Below are positions 55,044 to 63,190 of a stretch of 64,000 nt of DNA, in pieces. The DNA comes from a bacterium (GTDB taxonomy: Bacteria; Sysuimicrobiota; Sysuimicrobiia; Sysuimicrobiales; Kaftiobacteriaceae). The stretch lies in contig JBIOWP010000105.1 of the NCBI GenBank assembly GCA_044868695.1, positions 31,740 through 95,739 on the forward strand, written 5' to 3'. A program made the position numbers and the translations under genes. The stretch's first letter is position 1. Every line of letters begins with the position of its first letter. Below the pieces are notes generated by a model. That model ran no database searches. It saw only the letters and a list, made by a program, of their open reading frames with translations, and had not been told where the DNA came from.

Positions 55044-57740
55044 GTGAGCAGGTTCGATCCATTGAGTGCTCGGACCACGCTGACCGTCGGGGACCTGACC
55101 GTCACCTATGTGGCGCTGAAGGCGCTCGGGGCGCCGCTGGAGCGTTTGCCGGTGACCGTGAAGATCTTGCTGGAGAACGTCGCCCGGCACGCCGGGACGG
55201 CGCCCTTCTCCTCCGACGACGTCGCTGCCCTGGCGGCGTGGCGGCCGGGTGGAACGCAGCGTCGCGAGGTGCCCTTTCTGCCCTCCCGTGTCCTGCTGCA
55301 GGACTTTACCGGCGTGCCGGTGATCGTGGACCTGGCCGCGATGCGCGACGCGGTGGCCCAGCTGGGCGGCGACCCGCGCCGCGTGAATCCCGTCGTGCCG
55401 GCCGACTTGGTGATCGACCACTCCGTGCAAGTGGACGTGTTCGGGATGGCTGGGGCGTTCGAACGCAACGTCGAGTTTGAATACCGGCGCAACCGGGAGC
55501 GCTACATGCTCCTGCGCTGGGCGCAACAGGCGTTCGACCAGATGCGCGTGGTGCCGCCGGGCACAGGCATCGTGCACCAGGTGAACCTGGAATATCTCGC
55601 GCAGGTGGTCGCCCTGCGTGACGCGGCCGGCGCGCCCGTCGCCCTGCCGGACACCCTGATCGGCACCGATTCTCACACGACGATGGTGAACGGGCTGGGC
55701 GTGCTGGGGTGGGGGGTCGGCGGTATCGAAGCCGAGGCGGTGCTGCTGGGCCAGCCGATGTATCTCACCACGCCGGAGGTCATCGGCTTCCGGATGACGG
55801 GCCGGCTAGGCGAGGGCGTGACGGCCACCGATCTCGTGTTGACGGTGACCCAGTTCCTGCGCGCGGCGGGTGTGGTGGGGAAGTTCGTAGAGTTCTTTGG
55901 CTCCAGCCTGGAAGCGCTGGCGCTGCCCGACCGGGCGACGATTGCCAATATGGCGCCCGAGTACGGCGCCACCACCGCATTGTTCCCCATCGACGGCGAG
56001 ACGCTGCGCTACCTGCGTCTCACCGGGCGGCCCGAGCCGCACGTCCGGCTGGTTGAAGCATATGCGCGAGCGCAGGGGTTGTTCCGGACCGGCGAGGTCG
56101 AGCCCGAGTTTGACCAGGTAATGGTACTGGATCTGTCGACGGTGCAGCCCAGCCTGGCAGGACCGCGGCGGCCGCAGGACCGCGTACCGCTTGGCGAGTC
56201 GAGCCGCAGTTTTCATGCCGCGTTCGCCGACCAGCTCGGCCCGTCGCCCGGGAAAGGCGGTGCCGCGACCGCGGTGGCGGAGCGCCCGCCAATTGCGAGA
56301 GTCGACGTCGGAGGCAGACGGGTGGAGATGACACACGGTGCCGTCGCCATCGCCGCGATCACCAGCTGCACCAATACCAGCAACCCGGACGTCATGATTG
56401 CGGCGGGCCTGCTGGCGAAGAAGGCGGTCGAGCGGGGACTGGCGCGCAACCCCGCGGTCAAGACCAGCCTGGCGCCCGGGTCCGCGGTGGTCACCGCGTA
56501 TCTCGAGCGCGCCGGCCTGACCCCATACCTGGAGGCGCTGGGGTTCCACCTGGTCGGCTACGGCTGCACGACCTGCATCGGCAACAGTGGACCGCTCGCG
56601 CAGCCGGTCGCCGACGCCATCCGCAAACACGATCTGGTCGTCGCAGCGGTGCTGAGCGGCAACCGGAACTTCGACGGACGCATTCACCCGCTGGTGCGGG
56701 CCAGCTACCTGGCGTCCCCGCCGTTGGTCGTCGCCTTTGCGCTGGCCGGGACGGTGGAGATCGATCTGCAGCGCGCTCCCCTGGGCGTGGGGCGCGATGG
56801 ACGGCCCGTGTATCTGAAGGACATCTGGCCGAGCGCGGCTGAGGTGCGCGACGTAGTCTCCCGGGTGGTGTCGCCTGAACTGTTTGCCGCGCGCTACCGC
56901 GACGTCTTTTCGGGAGACGCGACGTGGCGCACTCTGCCGGTATCGGAGGGCGACCGGTATGCCTGGGATCCGGCATCCACCTACGTGCGCCAGCCTCCAT
57001 TCTTCGCAGGCCTAACCGCAGCGCCGACTCCCGTGAACGACATCCGCGGCGCGCGGGTGCTGGCGTGGGTGGGAGACTCGGTCACGACCGACCACATTTC
57101 CCCCGCGGGATCGATTCCGCCAGATATCCCGGCCGGACGGTACCTGATCGATCACGGGACGGCCCCCGCGGACTTCAATACCTACGGTGCGCGGCGCGGC
57201 AATCATGAAGTCATGATGCGCGGGACATTCGCCAACATCCGGCTGCGCAACCGCCTGGCCGGAGGGCGGGAGGGCGGGTGGACGGCGCACGTTCCCTCAG
57301 GCGAAGTGGCGACGATCTACGAGGTCTCAACGCGATACCAGCGGGAGGGCGTTCCGCTCGTCGTCATCGCCGGGAAGGAATACGGCTCCGGCAGTTCCCG
57401 CGACTGGGCGGCGAAAGGACCCCTGCTCCTCGGGGTGCGGGCAGTGCTCGCCGAGAGCTTCGAGCGGATCCACCGCAGCAACCTCGTCGGCATGGGCGTG
57501 CTCCCCCTGCAGTTTCTCCCGGGGGAGACGCCCGAGACGTTAGGGTTGGATGGAACTGAGGCGTATGACATTACCGGCATCGCGTCGCTGGTCCCGAACG
57601 CCCGTCTGACAGTGCAGGCGCGCAAGAACGGGAATCGCAAATCATTCACGATGATTGTGCGAATCGACGTGCCCGTCGAGGTCGAGTACTACAGGCACGG
57701 CGGCATCCTGCCGTACGTGGCGCGACGGCTCGTCTCCTAA
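55044..57740 (+). CDS. acnA: Aconitate hydratase A
   Basis: LQDFTGVP, DHSVQVD, GTDSHT, AITSCTNTSNP, GCTTCIGNSG, TTDHISPAG, GSSRDWAAKG. Confidence 0.97.
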   Translation: MSRFDPLSARTTLTVGDLTVTYVALKALGAPLERLPVTVKILLENVARHAGTAPFSSDDVAALAAWRPGGTQRREVPFLPSRVLLQDFTGVPVIVDLAAMRDAVAQLGGDPRRVNPVVPADLVIDHSVQVDVFGMAGAFERNVEFEYRRNRERYMLLRWAQQAFDQMRVVPPGTGIVHQVNLEYLAQVVALRDAAGAPVALPDTLIGTDSHTTMVNGLGVLGWGVGGIEAEAVLLGQPMYLTTPEVIGFRMTGRLGEGVTATDLVLTVTQFLRAAGVVGKFVEFFGSSLEALALPDRATIANMAPEYGATTALFPIDGETLRYLRLTGRPEPHVRLVEAYARAQGLFRTGEVEPEFDQVMVLDLSTVQPSLAGPRRPQDRVPLGESSRSFHAAFADQLGPSPGKGGAATAVAERPPIARVDVGGRRVEMTHGAVAIAAITSCTNTSNPDVMIAAGLLAKKAVERGLARNPAVKTSLAPGSAVVTAYLERAGLTPYLEALGFHLVGYGCTTCIGNSGPLAQPVADAIRKHDLVVAAVLSGNRNFDGRIHPLVRASYLASPPLVVAFALAGTVEIDLQRAPLGVGRDGRPVYLKDIWPSAAEVRDVVSRVVSPELFAARYRDVFSGDATWRTLPVSEGDRYAWDPASTYVRQPPFFAGLTAAPTPVNDIRGARVLAWVGDSVTTDHISPAGSIPPDIPAGRYLIDHGTAPADFNTYGARRGNHEVMMRGTFANIRLRNRLAGGREGGWTAHVPSGEVATIYEVSTRYQREGVPLVVIAGKEYGSGSSRDWAAKGPLLLGVRAVLAESFERIHRSNLVGMGVLPLQFLPGETPETLGLDGTEAYDITGIASLVPNARLTVQARKNGNRKSFTMIVRIDVPVEVEYYRHGGILPYVARRLVS

Positions 57741-58081
57741 CCCGTCACGCCGCCGTTTGGGCTTGAATCCCCTTCTGACTCCCGCGCCCCCGGGGAAGCT
57801 CCTCGCAGGATTTGGACGGCGCGTCGGCCGGCTTCGACGGCTTCATGCGGCGCCGTCTTCAGGTTCTCTCTGAGGACGGCCAGCGGCTCAGCAGGTTCAG
57901 CCTCCGCCCTCGGCATGAGTAGTGCCAGCGCGACGTACAGCACCACCCCCAGCCCGCTCGCGAACGACAGCAGGATGAAGATGCCCCGGACGATTGCCGG
58001 ATCGATCTGTACGTATTCAGCGATGCCGCCGGCGACTCCAACGAGCAGCCGCTTTCGACTCTTGTGCAGCCTCCGCACCAT
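57737..58081 (-). CDS. PspC-domain membrane protein
   Basis: GVAGGIAEY..IDP.IVR, LY....LLMP; gggagg RBS. Confidence 0.85.
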   Translation of the reverse strand: MVRRLHKSRKRLLVGVAGGIAEYVQIDPAIVRGIFILLSFASGLGVVLYVALALLMPRAEAEPAEPLAVLRENLKTAPHEAVEAGRRAVQILRGASPGARESEGDSSPNGGVTG

Positions 58082-58132
58082 TGGCCATACCTCCCTGTAG
58101 GGCGATCTTCCCCGACTCGCTTCTACACCACC

Positions 58133-58177
58133 AGTGTACGTCAAAGAGTCCCGGGCAAGATCGGCTTTTGACCCGAT
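58133..58177 (-). promoter_or_regulatory. Palindrome-associated promoter of the pspC-like gene
   Basis: Minus strand ATCGGG-TCAAAA-GCCGAT, 21 nt, TACACT. Confidence 0.6.
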
Positions 58178-58210
58178 CTTGATGTGAGAATTGTCCCGAC
58201 TCCTCGCGGC

Positions 58211-58639
58211 CTAGGGGACGAGTCGGAAGACCGGATGCTTGGGCGCCTCGGCGGCGAAAGCGTCCACTGAGGCGTTGTGGCGAACGCCAAAGAATGGTCT
58301 GACCACAGCAACGGATGCCAAGTAGGTCTTCAGCACCGGTGCGCTCCGCTGTGGATCGAGTTCCGTGATTCGGAGCGTCTCTGACCTCAGACCACGCGTG
58401 AGCGTGACGGTCCGCGCCGCACGGGCGTTCTTGACCCAGTTCACCTCACCATAGGGCGCAACCAGATATCGGTCGCCGTTTTCAACGATCCACACCGGTG
58501 TGACGTAGAACCGTCCGGTCCGCCGGCCGCGCACCCGGAGCAGATAATAGTGCGGCGGGGCTACGCCGAGCCTGATGAACAGGTGCATCCACAAATTCGC
58601 CAGCCGGCGGAGTGATGTCAGCCGGTATGTTCGGTCCAT
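58211..58639 (-). CDS. Deazaflavin-dependent nitroreductase-like (DDN, split beta-barrel) protein
   Basis: L.VRGRRTG...TPV, YLVAPYGE.NWVKNARA, HPVFRL. Confidence 0.85.
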   Translation of the reverse strand: MDRTYRLTSLRRLANLWMHLFIRLGVAPPHYYLLRVRGRRTGRFYVTPVWIVENGDRYLVAPYGEVNWVKNARAARTVTLTRGLRSETLRITELDPQRSAPVLKTYLASVAVVRPFFGVRHNASVDAFAAEAPKHPVFRLVP

Positions 58640-58658
58640 GTGGACGCGGTTCAGCGGA

Positions 58659-58826
58659 TCAGGCCATCGATTCCTTCTCGGATGGTTCGGCCGGCGGCTC
58701 GCTCCCCCAGTAGCAGTCGTCGCACAACCGAATACTGATGGCCTGCTGCTCGAGCTCCCGAGTGGCCCGGCGCAGGCCGCAGCGGGAACAGGTGTCGGTC
58801 GGTCTGATCTCCCTCTGTACGCTCAT
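58659..58826 (-). CDS. Small CxxC...CxxC zinc-finger protein (55 aa, absent from ORF track)
   Basis: Hand translation MSVQREIRPTDTCSRCGLRRATRELEQQAISIRLCDDCYWGSEPPAEPSEKESMA; aggagg RBS. Confidence 0.75.
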   Translation of the reverse strand: MSVQREIRPTDTCSRCGLRRATRELEQQAISIRLCDDCYWGSEPPAEPSEKESMA

Positions 58827-58895
58827 TGCGCGCCTCCTCTTAGCGGCAGATGGCCCTGCTTGCCATTATCTTTGCTCCGACCGCCGCGGAGGGCT

Positions 58896-58984
58896 ATCGG
58901 GTCACCCCCCGATTCGCTATCGGGTGACAGTGGCGATGATCGGGTTGCCGCCCGATACCGGGGCCGTGTGAGGATGAATAAGCT
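58896..58984 (+). promoter_or_regulatory. Array of palindromic sites plus -10 element upstream of the SDR gene
   Basis: Perfect ATCGGG-N6-CCCGAT at 58896-58913 and 58939-58956, half-site at 58919, TAAGCT 22 nt after the last site. Confidence 0.72.
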
Positions 58985-59041
58985 AAGGGGTAGCACCACA
59001 TACCAGGGGCGGAACCGGCGACTGCCGGCTGGAGGTGAGTC

Positions 59042-59836
59042 ATGAGTTGGGGGCCGTTTGATCTCACAGGCAAGAACGTGATCGTGACCGGTGGGGCGAT
59101 GGGCATTGGGTTTGGCATCGCGAAGCGCCTGGTCGAAGGCGGCGCGAACGTCCTGATCGCGGACATCGATGACGCAGCTGCGGAGACCGCTGTCGGCAAG
59201 CTGCGGGAGGGCACAGGTAGGGCCATCTCAATGCATGCGGACATGACGCAGCGGGACGCCGGTGAGCGGATGGTGGACCGCTGTGTGGAGGAGTTCGGGT
59301 CCGTTGACATTTTGGTCAATAACGCCGGCATCTTTCCGATCGTGCCCATGCTGCAGATGCCGCCGGAGTTGTTCGAGAAGATCCTGGCTGTCAACCTCAT
59401 AGGGCTGGCTTTCGCCACCAAGGCGGCGGGTGCGCAGATGATCCGCCAGGGGAGGGGAGGCAAGATTATCAACATCGCTTCCGTCGACGCGTTCCGGCCG
59501 TCCATGGTCGGGCTGGCGGCTTACGACGCCAGCAAGGGCGGTGTGATCATGTTTACGAAGAACATGGCCCTGGAACTCGCACCCCACAAGATCACGATCA
59601 ACGCGATCGCGCCTGGGGGCATTACCACTGAGGGGACGGCGAAGCTGGCGGGCAACCGGCCGATGTCCCCCGAGGAGCAGCAGAAAATGATTGACGCCGC
59701 GGTGGCCCGCATCCCTCTCGGGCGCATGGGGGTTCCCGACGACATCGGCAAGGTCGCGGTGTTTCTGGCGTCGCCAGCATCGGACTATATGACGGGAACG
59801 ACGGTGGTGGTGGACGGCGGATTCCTGCTGGCGTAG
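59042..59836 (+). CDS. Short-chain dehydrogenase/reductase
   Basis: TGGAMGIG, NNAG, YDASK, NAIAPG, DGG. Confidence 0.93.
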   Translation: MSWGPFDLTGKNVIVTGGAMGIGFGIAKRLVEGGANVLIADIDDAAAETAVGKLREGTGRAISMHADMTQRDAGERMVDRCVEEFGSVDILVNNAGIFPIVPMLQMPPELFEKILAVNLIGLAFATKAAGAQMIRQGRGGKIINIASVDAFRPSMVGLAAYDASKGGVIMFTKNMALELAPHKITINAIAPGGITTEGTAKLAGNRPMSPEEQQKMIDAAVARIPLGRMGVPDDIGKVAVFLASPASDYMTGTTVVVDGGFLLA

Positions 59837-59845
59837 AAATGCCAG

Positions 59846-60499
59846 GTGAGAACCAAAATGTCACTGCGGTACATCCCGGCCTTGAGATTCCGCTTGCTTA
59901 CCCCGCTGTACGATCCGCTTATGGAGCGGTGGACCGGGGCACGGACCATGCGCCGAGCAGTGATCGAAGCCCTGGATCTCCGTCCCGGCCTCCGGCTGCT
60001 GGAACTGGGATGTGGACCGGGGCGTCTGGCCATTGAGATCAAGCACCGATGGCCCGACATCTCAATTGATGCTCTGGACGTCGACCCGGCCATTCTGGAA
60101 GTCGCCCGCCGCAATGCGGCGAATGCGGGCGTCGCCATTAACTTCCGCGCTGCCGATATCACCGACCCCCGGTTGCCCGGCGTCTATGACCGCGTGTACT
60201 CCACACTTGTGTTCCATCATCTACATCCTGCGGGCAAGCAGCGGGCTCTCGCCGGCCTGCGCCGCATTCTGCGTGATGATGGACGTCTGGTCGTGGCGGA
60301 TTTCGGTCGGCCGCAAGACTGGCTGCAGTGGGCCCTGCTCACGTTTTGGGGATTCTTTGACGGTATCAAGAACACCGCATCCCATCGGGACGGCGGGTTC
60401 GAAGAGCTGCTGCGGAGCGGATTCGCCGAGGTCCGCACCGAGGCGGCATGGCGCACCGCCTTCGGCACGCTGGAGCTCTTTGTCTGCCGACCGAGCTAA
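59846..60499 (+). CDS. Class I SAM-dependent methyltransferase
   Basis: LTPLYD, LLELGCGPG, LDVDP..L..AR, LVFHHL, L.VADFG. Confidence 0.88.
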   Translation: MRTKMSLRYIPALRFRLLTPLYDPLMERWTGARTMRRAVIEALDLRPGLRLLELGCGPGRLAIEIKHRWPDISIDALDVDPAILEVARRNAANAGVAINFRAADITDPRLPGVYDRVYSTLVFHHLHPAGKQRALAGLRRILRDDGRLVVADFGRPQDWLQWALLTFWGFFDGIKNTASHRDGGFEELLRSGFAEVRTEAAWRTAFGTLELFVCRPS

Positions 60500-60578
60500 G
60501 GCCACTACTTCTGCTCTGCCGGCTGCAAGGCGCCATTTGACAAAGAACCGGCCAAGCACGGGCGGGATGGCCACTGGA

Positions 60579-60615
60579 TTGACATCTTGATGCTTCTATC
60601 CTAACATCAAGATGT
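60579..60615 (+). promoter_or_regulatory. vapBC promoter with overlapping autoregulatory inverted repeat
   Basis: TTGACA-17 nt-TAACAT; perfect 11-bp IR acatcttgatg-N12-catcaagatgt. Confidence 0.8.
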
Positions 60616-60859
60616 GCGAACGACTCTGACCCTCGATAATGATGTGGCTGCGGCTGTGAAGGCCGAAGTGCGCCGGTCGGGGCGTCCCCTCAAGCAAATC
60701 GTGAACGACTTGCTGCGGACGGCTCTGCACCTGGGGCGGAAGGGCCAGCGGGTTCCATCGTTCACCGTCCGAGCCAAACCGCTGGGCATGCGGCCGGGCC
60801 TAGACTACGACCGCGTCGGCGAGCTTGTGGAAGAGCTGGAAGGCCCGCTCCACCGATGA
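60614..60859 (+). CDS. vapB: VapB-type ribbon-helix-helix antitoxin
   Basis: MRTTLTLDNDV....VN.LLR..L; ATGA overlap with the PIN gene. Confidence 0.88.
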   Translation: MRTTLTLDNDVAAAVKAEVRRSGRPLKQIVNDLLRTALHLGRKGQRVPSFTVRAKPLGMRPGLDYDRVGELVEELEGPLHR

Positions 60860-61296
60860 TCCTGCTCGACGCGAACCTGCTCCTCTACGCCTACAATTCT
60901 TCGTTTCCTCAGCACAAGCCCGCTCGCGCCTGGCTGCAAAAGGCGCTGTCTTCGCCCGCCCCTGTCGCCTTTCCGTGGGCAACGCTGCTCGCATTCACTC
61001 GCATCGGCACGAACCCGCGTGCGTTCCCTGAGCCGCTGACCCTGGCCGAAGCGACATCTGTCGTGTCCGCGTGGATGGCGCAACCCACGGTGGTGATCGT
61101 GCAGCCGACGGAGCGGCATTGGGAGATCCTGAGGGGGCTGCTGGCATTAACGCAGGCGCGAGGAGCCGAAGTCTCGGACGCGCACCTCGCGGCACTGGCC
61201 ATTGAACATGGTGCAACTCTCTGCACCACGGATCGGGGTTTTGCCAGGTTCCCCGAACTAAAATGGATGGATCCACTGGTTCCCCAAACTACGTGA
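60856..61296 (+). CDS. vapC: VapC PIN-domain toxin
   Basis: MILLDANLLLYA, F.RI.TNPR, DAHLAALAIEHGA.L.TTDRGFARF. Confidence 0.92.
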   Translation: MILLDANLLLYAYNSSFPQHKPARAWLQKALSSPAPVAFPWATLLAFTRIGTNPRAFPEPLTLAEATSVVSAWMAQPTVVIVQPTERHWEILRGLLALTQARGAEVSDAHLAALAIEHGATLCTTDRGFARFPELKWMDPLVPQTT

Positions 61297-61318
61297 CCAA
61301 CGTAGGGGGATGGCGAGA

Positions 61319-61364
61319 ATCGGGTCGTGGCCTGATACTCCCCCTTCCGCTGTTCCCGTACGCT
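61319..61364 (+). promoter_or_regulatory. Palindrome-associated promoter of the Met-rich gene pair
   Basis: ATCGGG-N6-CCTGAT, 22 nt, TACGCT. Confidence 0.65.
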
Positions 61365-61389
61365 GGGAGCAGAGCGTTCTTGAAAGGAG

Positions 61390-62130
61390 ATGATCGCGAT
61401 GTCCTCTCGTTACTTCTTGGCAGGCCTGGGGGTGCTGGCCTTGGCAGCATCGCTGGCCATCCCAGGCCTCGCGCAGCCCGGGATGGGGTCTGGGAGCATG
61501 GACGGGCCCGGCGGGCCAGGGATGATGGGCCCTGGATACGGTGGCAACCCACTCGCCAGCGGGCCGATGAACGTCGACAGCGCGGCGGACCGTGTCAAGG
61601 AAGTGCTGCGGGCGCGCGGCGACAGTGACCTGGTCATCCAAGAAGTGATGGAGTTCTCGAACCACTTCTATGTGCTGGTGAGGGAGCAGAGCACTGGCGT
61701 CGGCGCCTTTGAATTGATCGTGGAGCGCAATGGGTTCACCCATCCTGAGCCGGGTGCGAATATGATGTGGAACACGAAGTACGGGCACATGGCCGGGTCC
61801 GGCGGTATGGGGATGATGGGCGGCATTATGATGGGATACGGGTACGGCAATGTCCCGCCGGCGCGGTCCGGGCAGCCTGGCGCGCCTGCGCAGACGGTTA
61901 CTAGTGAGCGGGCCAGGCAGGTCGCCGCGCAGTACCTGTCCACGGCGCTGCCAGGCACTGCGCCTGACCACGGCACCGCGTTCTACGGCTACTTCACGTT
62001 TGACGTCGAGCGCGACGGTCTGCCGGTAGGGATGCTGAGTGTCAACGCCTACACCGGCCAGGTCTGGTCCCACACCTGGCACGGGACGTTTGTGCAGGAG
62101 AAAGAGTTCCAAATGGGAGGAAAGCCATGA
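61390..62130 (+). CDS. Secreted Met/Gly-rich protein with two PepSY-like domains
   Basis: Signal peptide, GMMG tracts, EVMEFSNHFY, EPGANMMWNTKYGHM, FYGYFT, MLSVNAYTGQVWSHTWHG. Confidence 0.75.
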   Translation: MIAMSSRYFLAGLGVLALAASLAIPGLAQPGMGSGSMDGPGGPGMMGPGYGGNPLASGPMNVDSAADRVKEVLRARGDSDLVIQEVMEFSNHFYVLVREQSTGVGAFELIVERNGFTHPEPGANMMWNTKYGHMAGSGGMGMMGGIMMGYGYGNVPPARSGQPGAPAQTVTSERARQVAAQYLSTALPGTAPDHGTAFYGYFTFDVERDGLPVGMLSVNAYTGQVWSHTWHGTFVQEKEFQMGGKP

Positions 62131-62447
62131 ATTCAAGAGATCTTGGCATCGTAGCCCTCATCATCCTCGGCGTGCTGGTGCTCTTGCCAGTGCTGGGGAT
62201 GGGCATGAGTGGAGGATGGGGCATGATGGGCCCCAGCATGATGGGCGGCCGCGGCATGATGGGATACGGGTTCGGCCTCGGCCCGCTGGCGTTTCTGCTG
62301 CTCGTCGTCGGCGTCGTGCTCGTCGTCCTCGCGTTCACGCGCAGAGATGGCAAGTCGGATGATACACTGCCGATCCTACGGGCCAGACTGGCGCGCGGGG
62401 AGATCACCAAAGAGCAGTTTGAGGAGTTGAAGCAGGTCTTGCACTAG
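62127..62447 (+). CDS. Met-rich membrane protein with C-terminal SHOCT domain
   Basis: Two TMs around GMMG repeats; ILRARLARGEITKEQFEELK. Confidence 0.85.
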   Translation: MNSRDLGIVALIILGVLVLLPVLGMGMSGGWGMMGPSMMGGRGMMGYGFGLGPLAFLLLVVGVVLVVLAFTRRDGKSDDTLPILRARLARGEITKEQFEELKQVLH

Positions 62448-62539
62448 CCGGGGTCGGCATGGAGGGTGACTTCGTCAAGTAGGATCACGGTGCGGGGGGG
62501 TCAGGGTCGGACGGGTGCAGGTGGGCCCGGCCCGTGTCC

Positions 62540-63190
62540 TTAGGCTTCAATCAGCCCTTTGCGGATGGCGTACCGCACCAGTTCCGTCCGATCGTGCAGC
62601 CCGAGCTTCTCCAAGATGTGGGCGCGGTGCGTCTGCACCGTCTTGATGCTAATGTAGAGCTTCTCCGCGATCTGCTGGTTCGAGGTCCCCTGCGCGATGA
62701 GGGTGAGGATTTCTTTCTCCCGCTCGGTCAGCCCGTCGTAGCGTTCGCGGCCCTCGCCGGCCTCGACGCGCTTGAGGTAGTCTTCCACAACCTTTCGCGC
62801 CACAGAGGGGTACAGGAACGCTTCGCCCTTTGCAGCGGCCCGCACGGCCTGGACGAGGTCGTGGGCCGCGGCGCGCTTGAGCACATACCCCGACGCGCCG
62901 GCCCGCAGCAACTGGAAGACGTAGGTTTCGTCTTCGTGCATCGTTAGCGCCAGGACCGCGACCTTCGGATGCTGTTCTTTGACCTTGCGCGTGGCTTCGA
63001 TGCCGCCCATGCCAGGCATGCTGATGTCCATGACCACGACGTCCGGTTTCGCCGACTCTACCAGCTGCAGTGCCTGCCCGCCGTCCTCCGCCTCGCCCAC
63101 GACGTCGATGTCCTTCTCTTTGGCCAGGATCATGCGCACGCCTTCACGGACAATCGCGTGGTCATCGGCGACGACCACCTTAATCTTCAA
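62540..63190 (-). CDS. NarL/NreC-like response regulator (REC + LuxR HTH)
   Basis: ADDHAIVREG, PDVVVMDISMP, LTMH, GASGYVLK, LTEREKEIL, SIKTVQTHRAHILEKL. Confidence 0.94.
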   Translation of the reverse strand: MKIKVVVADDHAIVREGVRMILAKEKDIDVVGEAEDGGQALQLVESAKPDVVVMDISMPGMGGIEATRKVKEQHPKVAVLALTMHEDETYVFQLLRAGASGYVLKRAAAHDLVQAVRAAAKGEAFLYPSVARKVVEDYLKRVEAGEGRERYDGLTEREKEILTLIAQGTSNQQIAEKLYISIKTVQTHRAHILEKLGLHDRTELVRYAIRKGLIEA

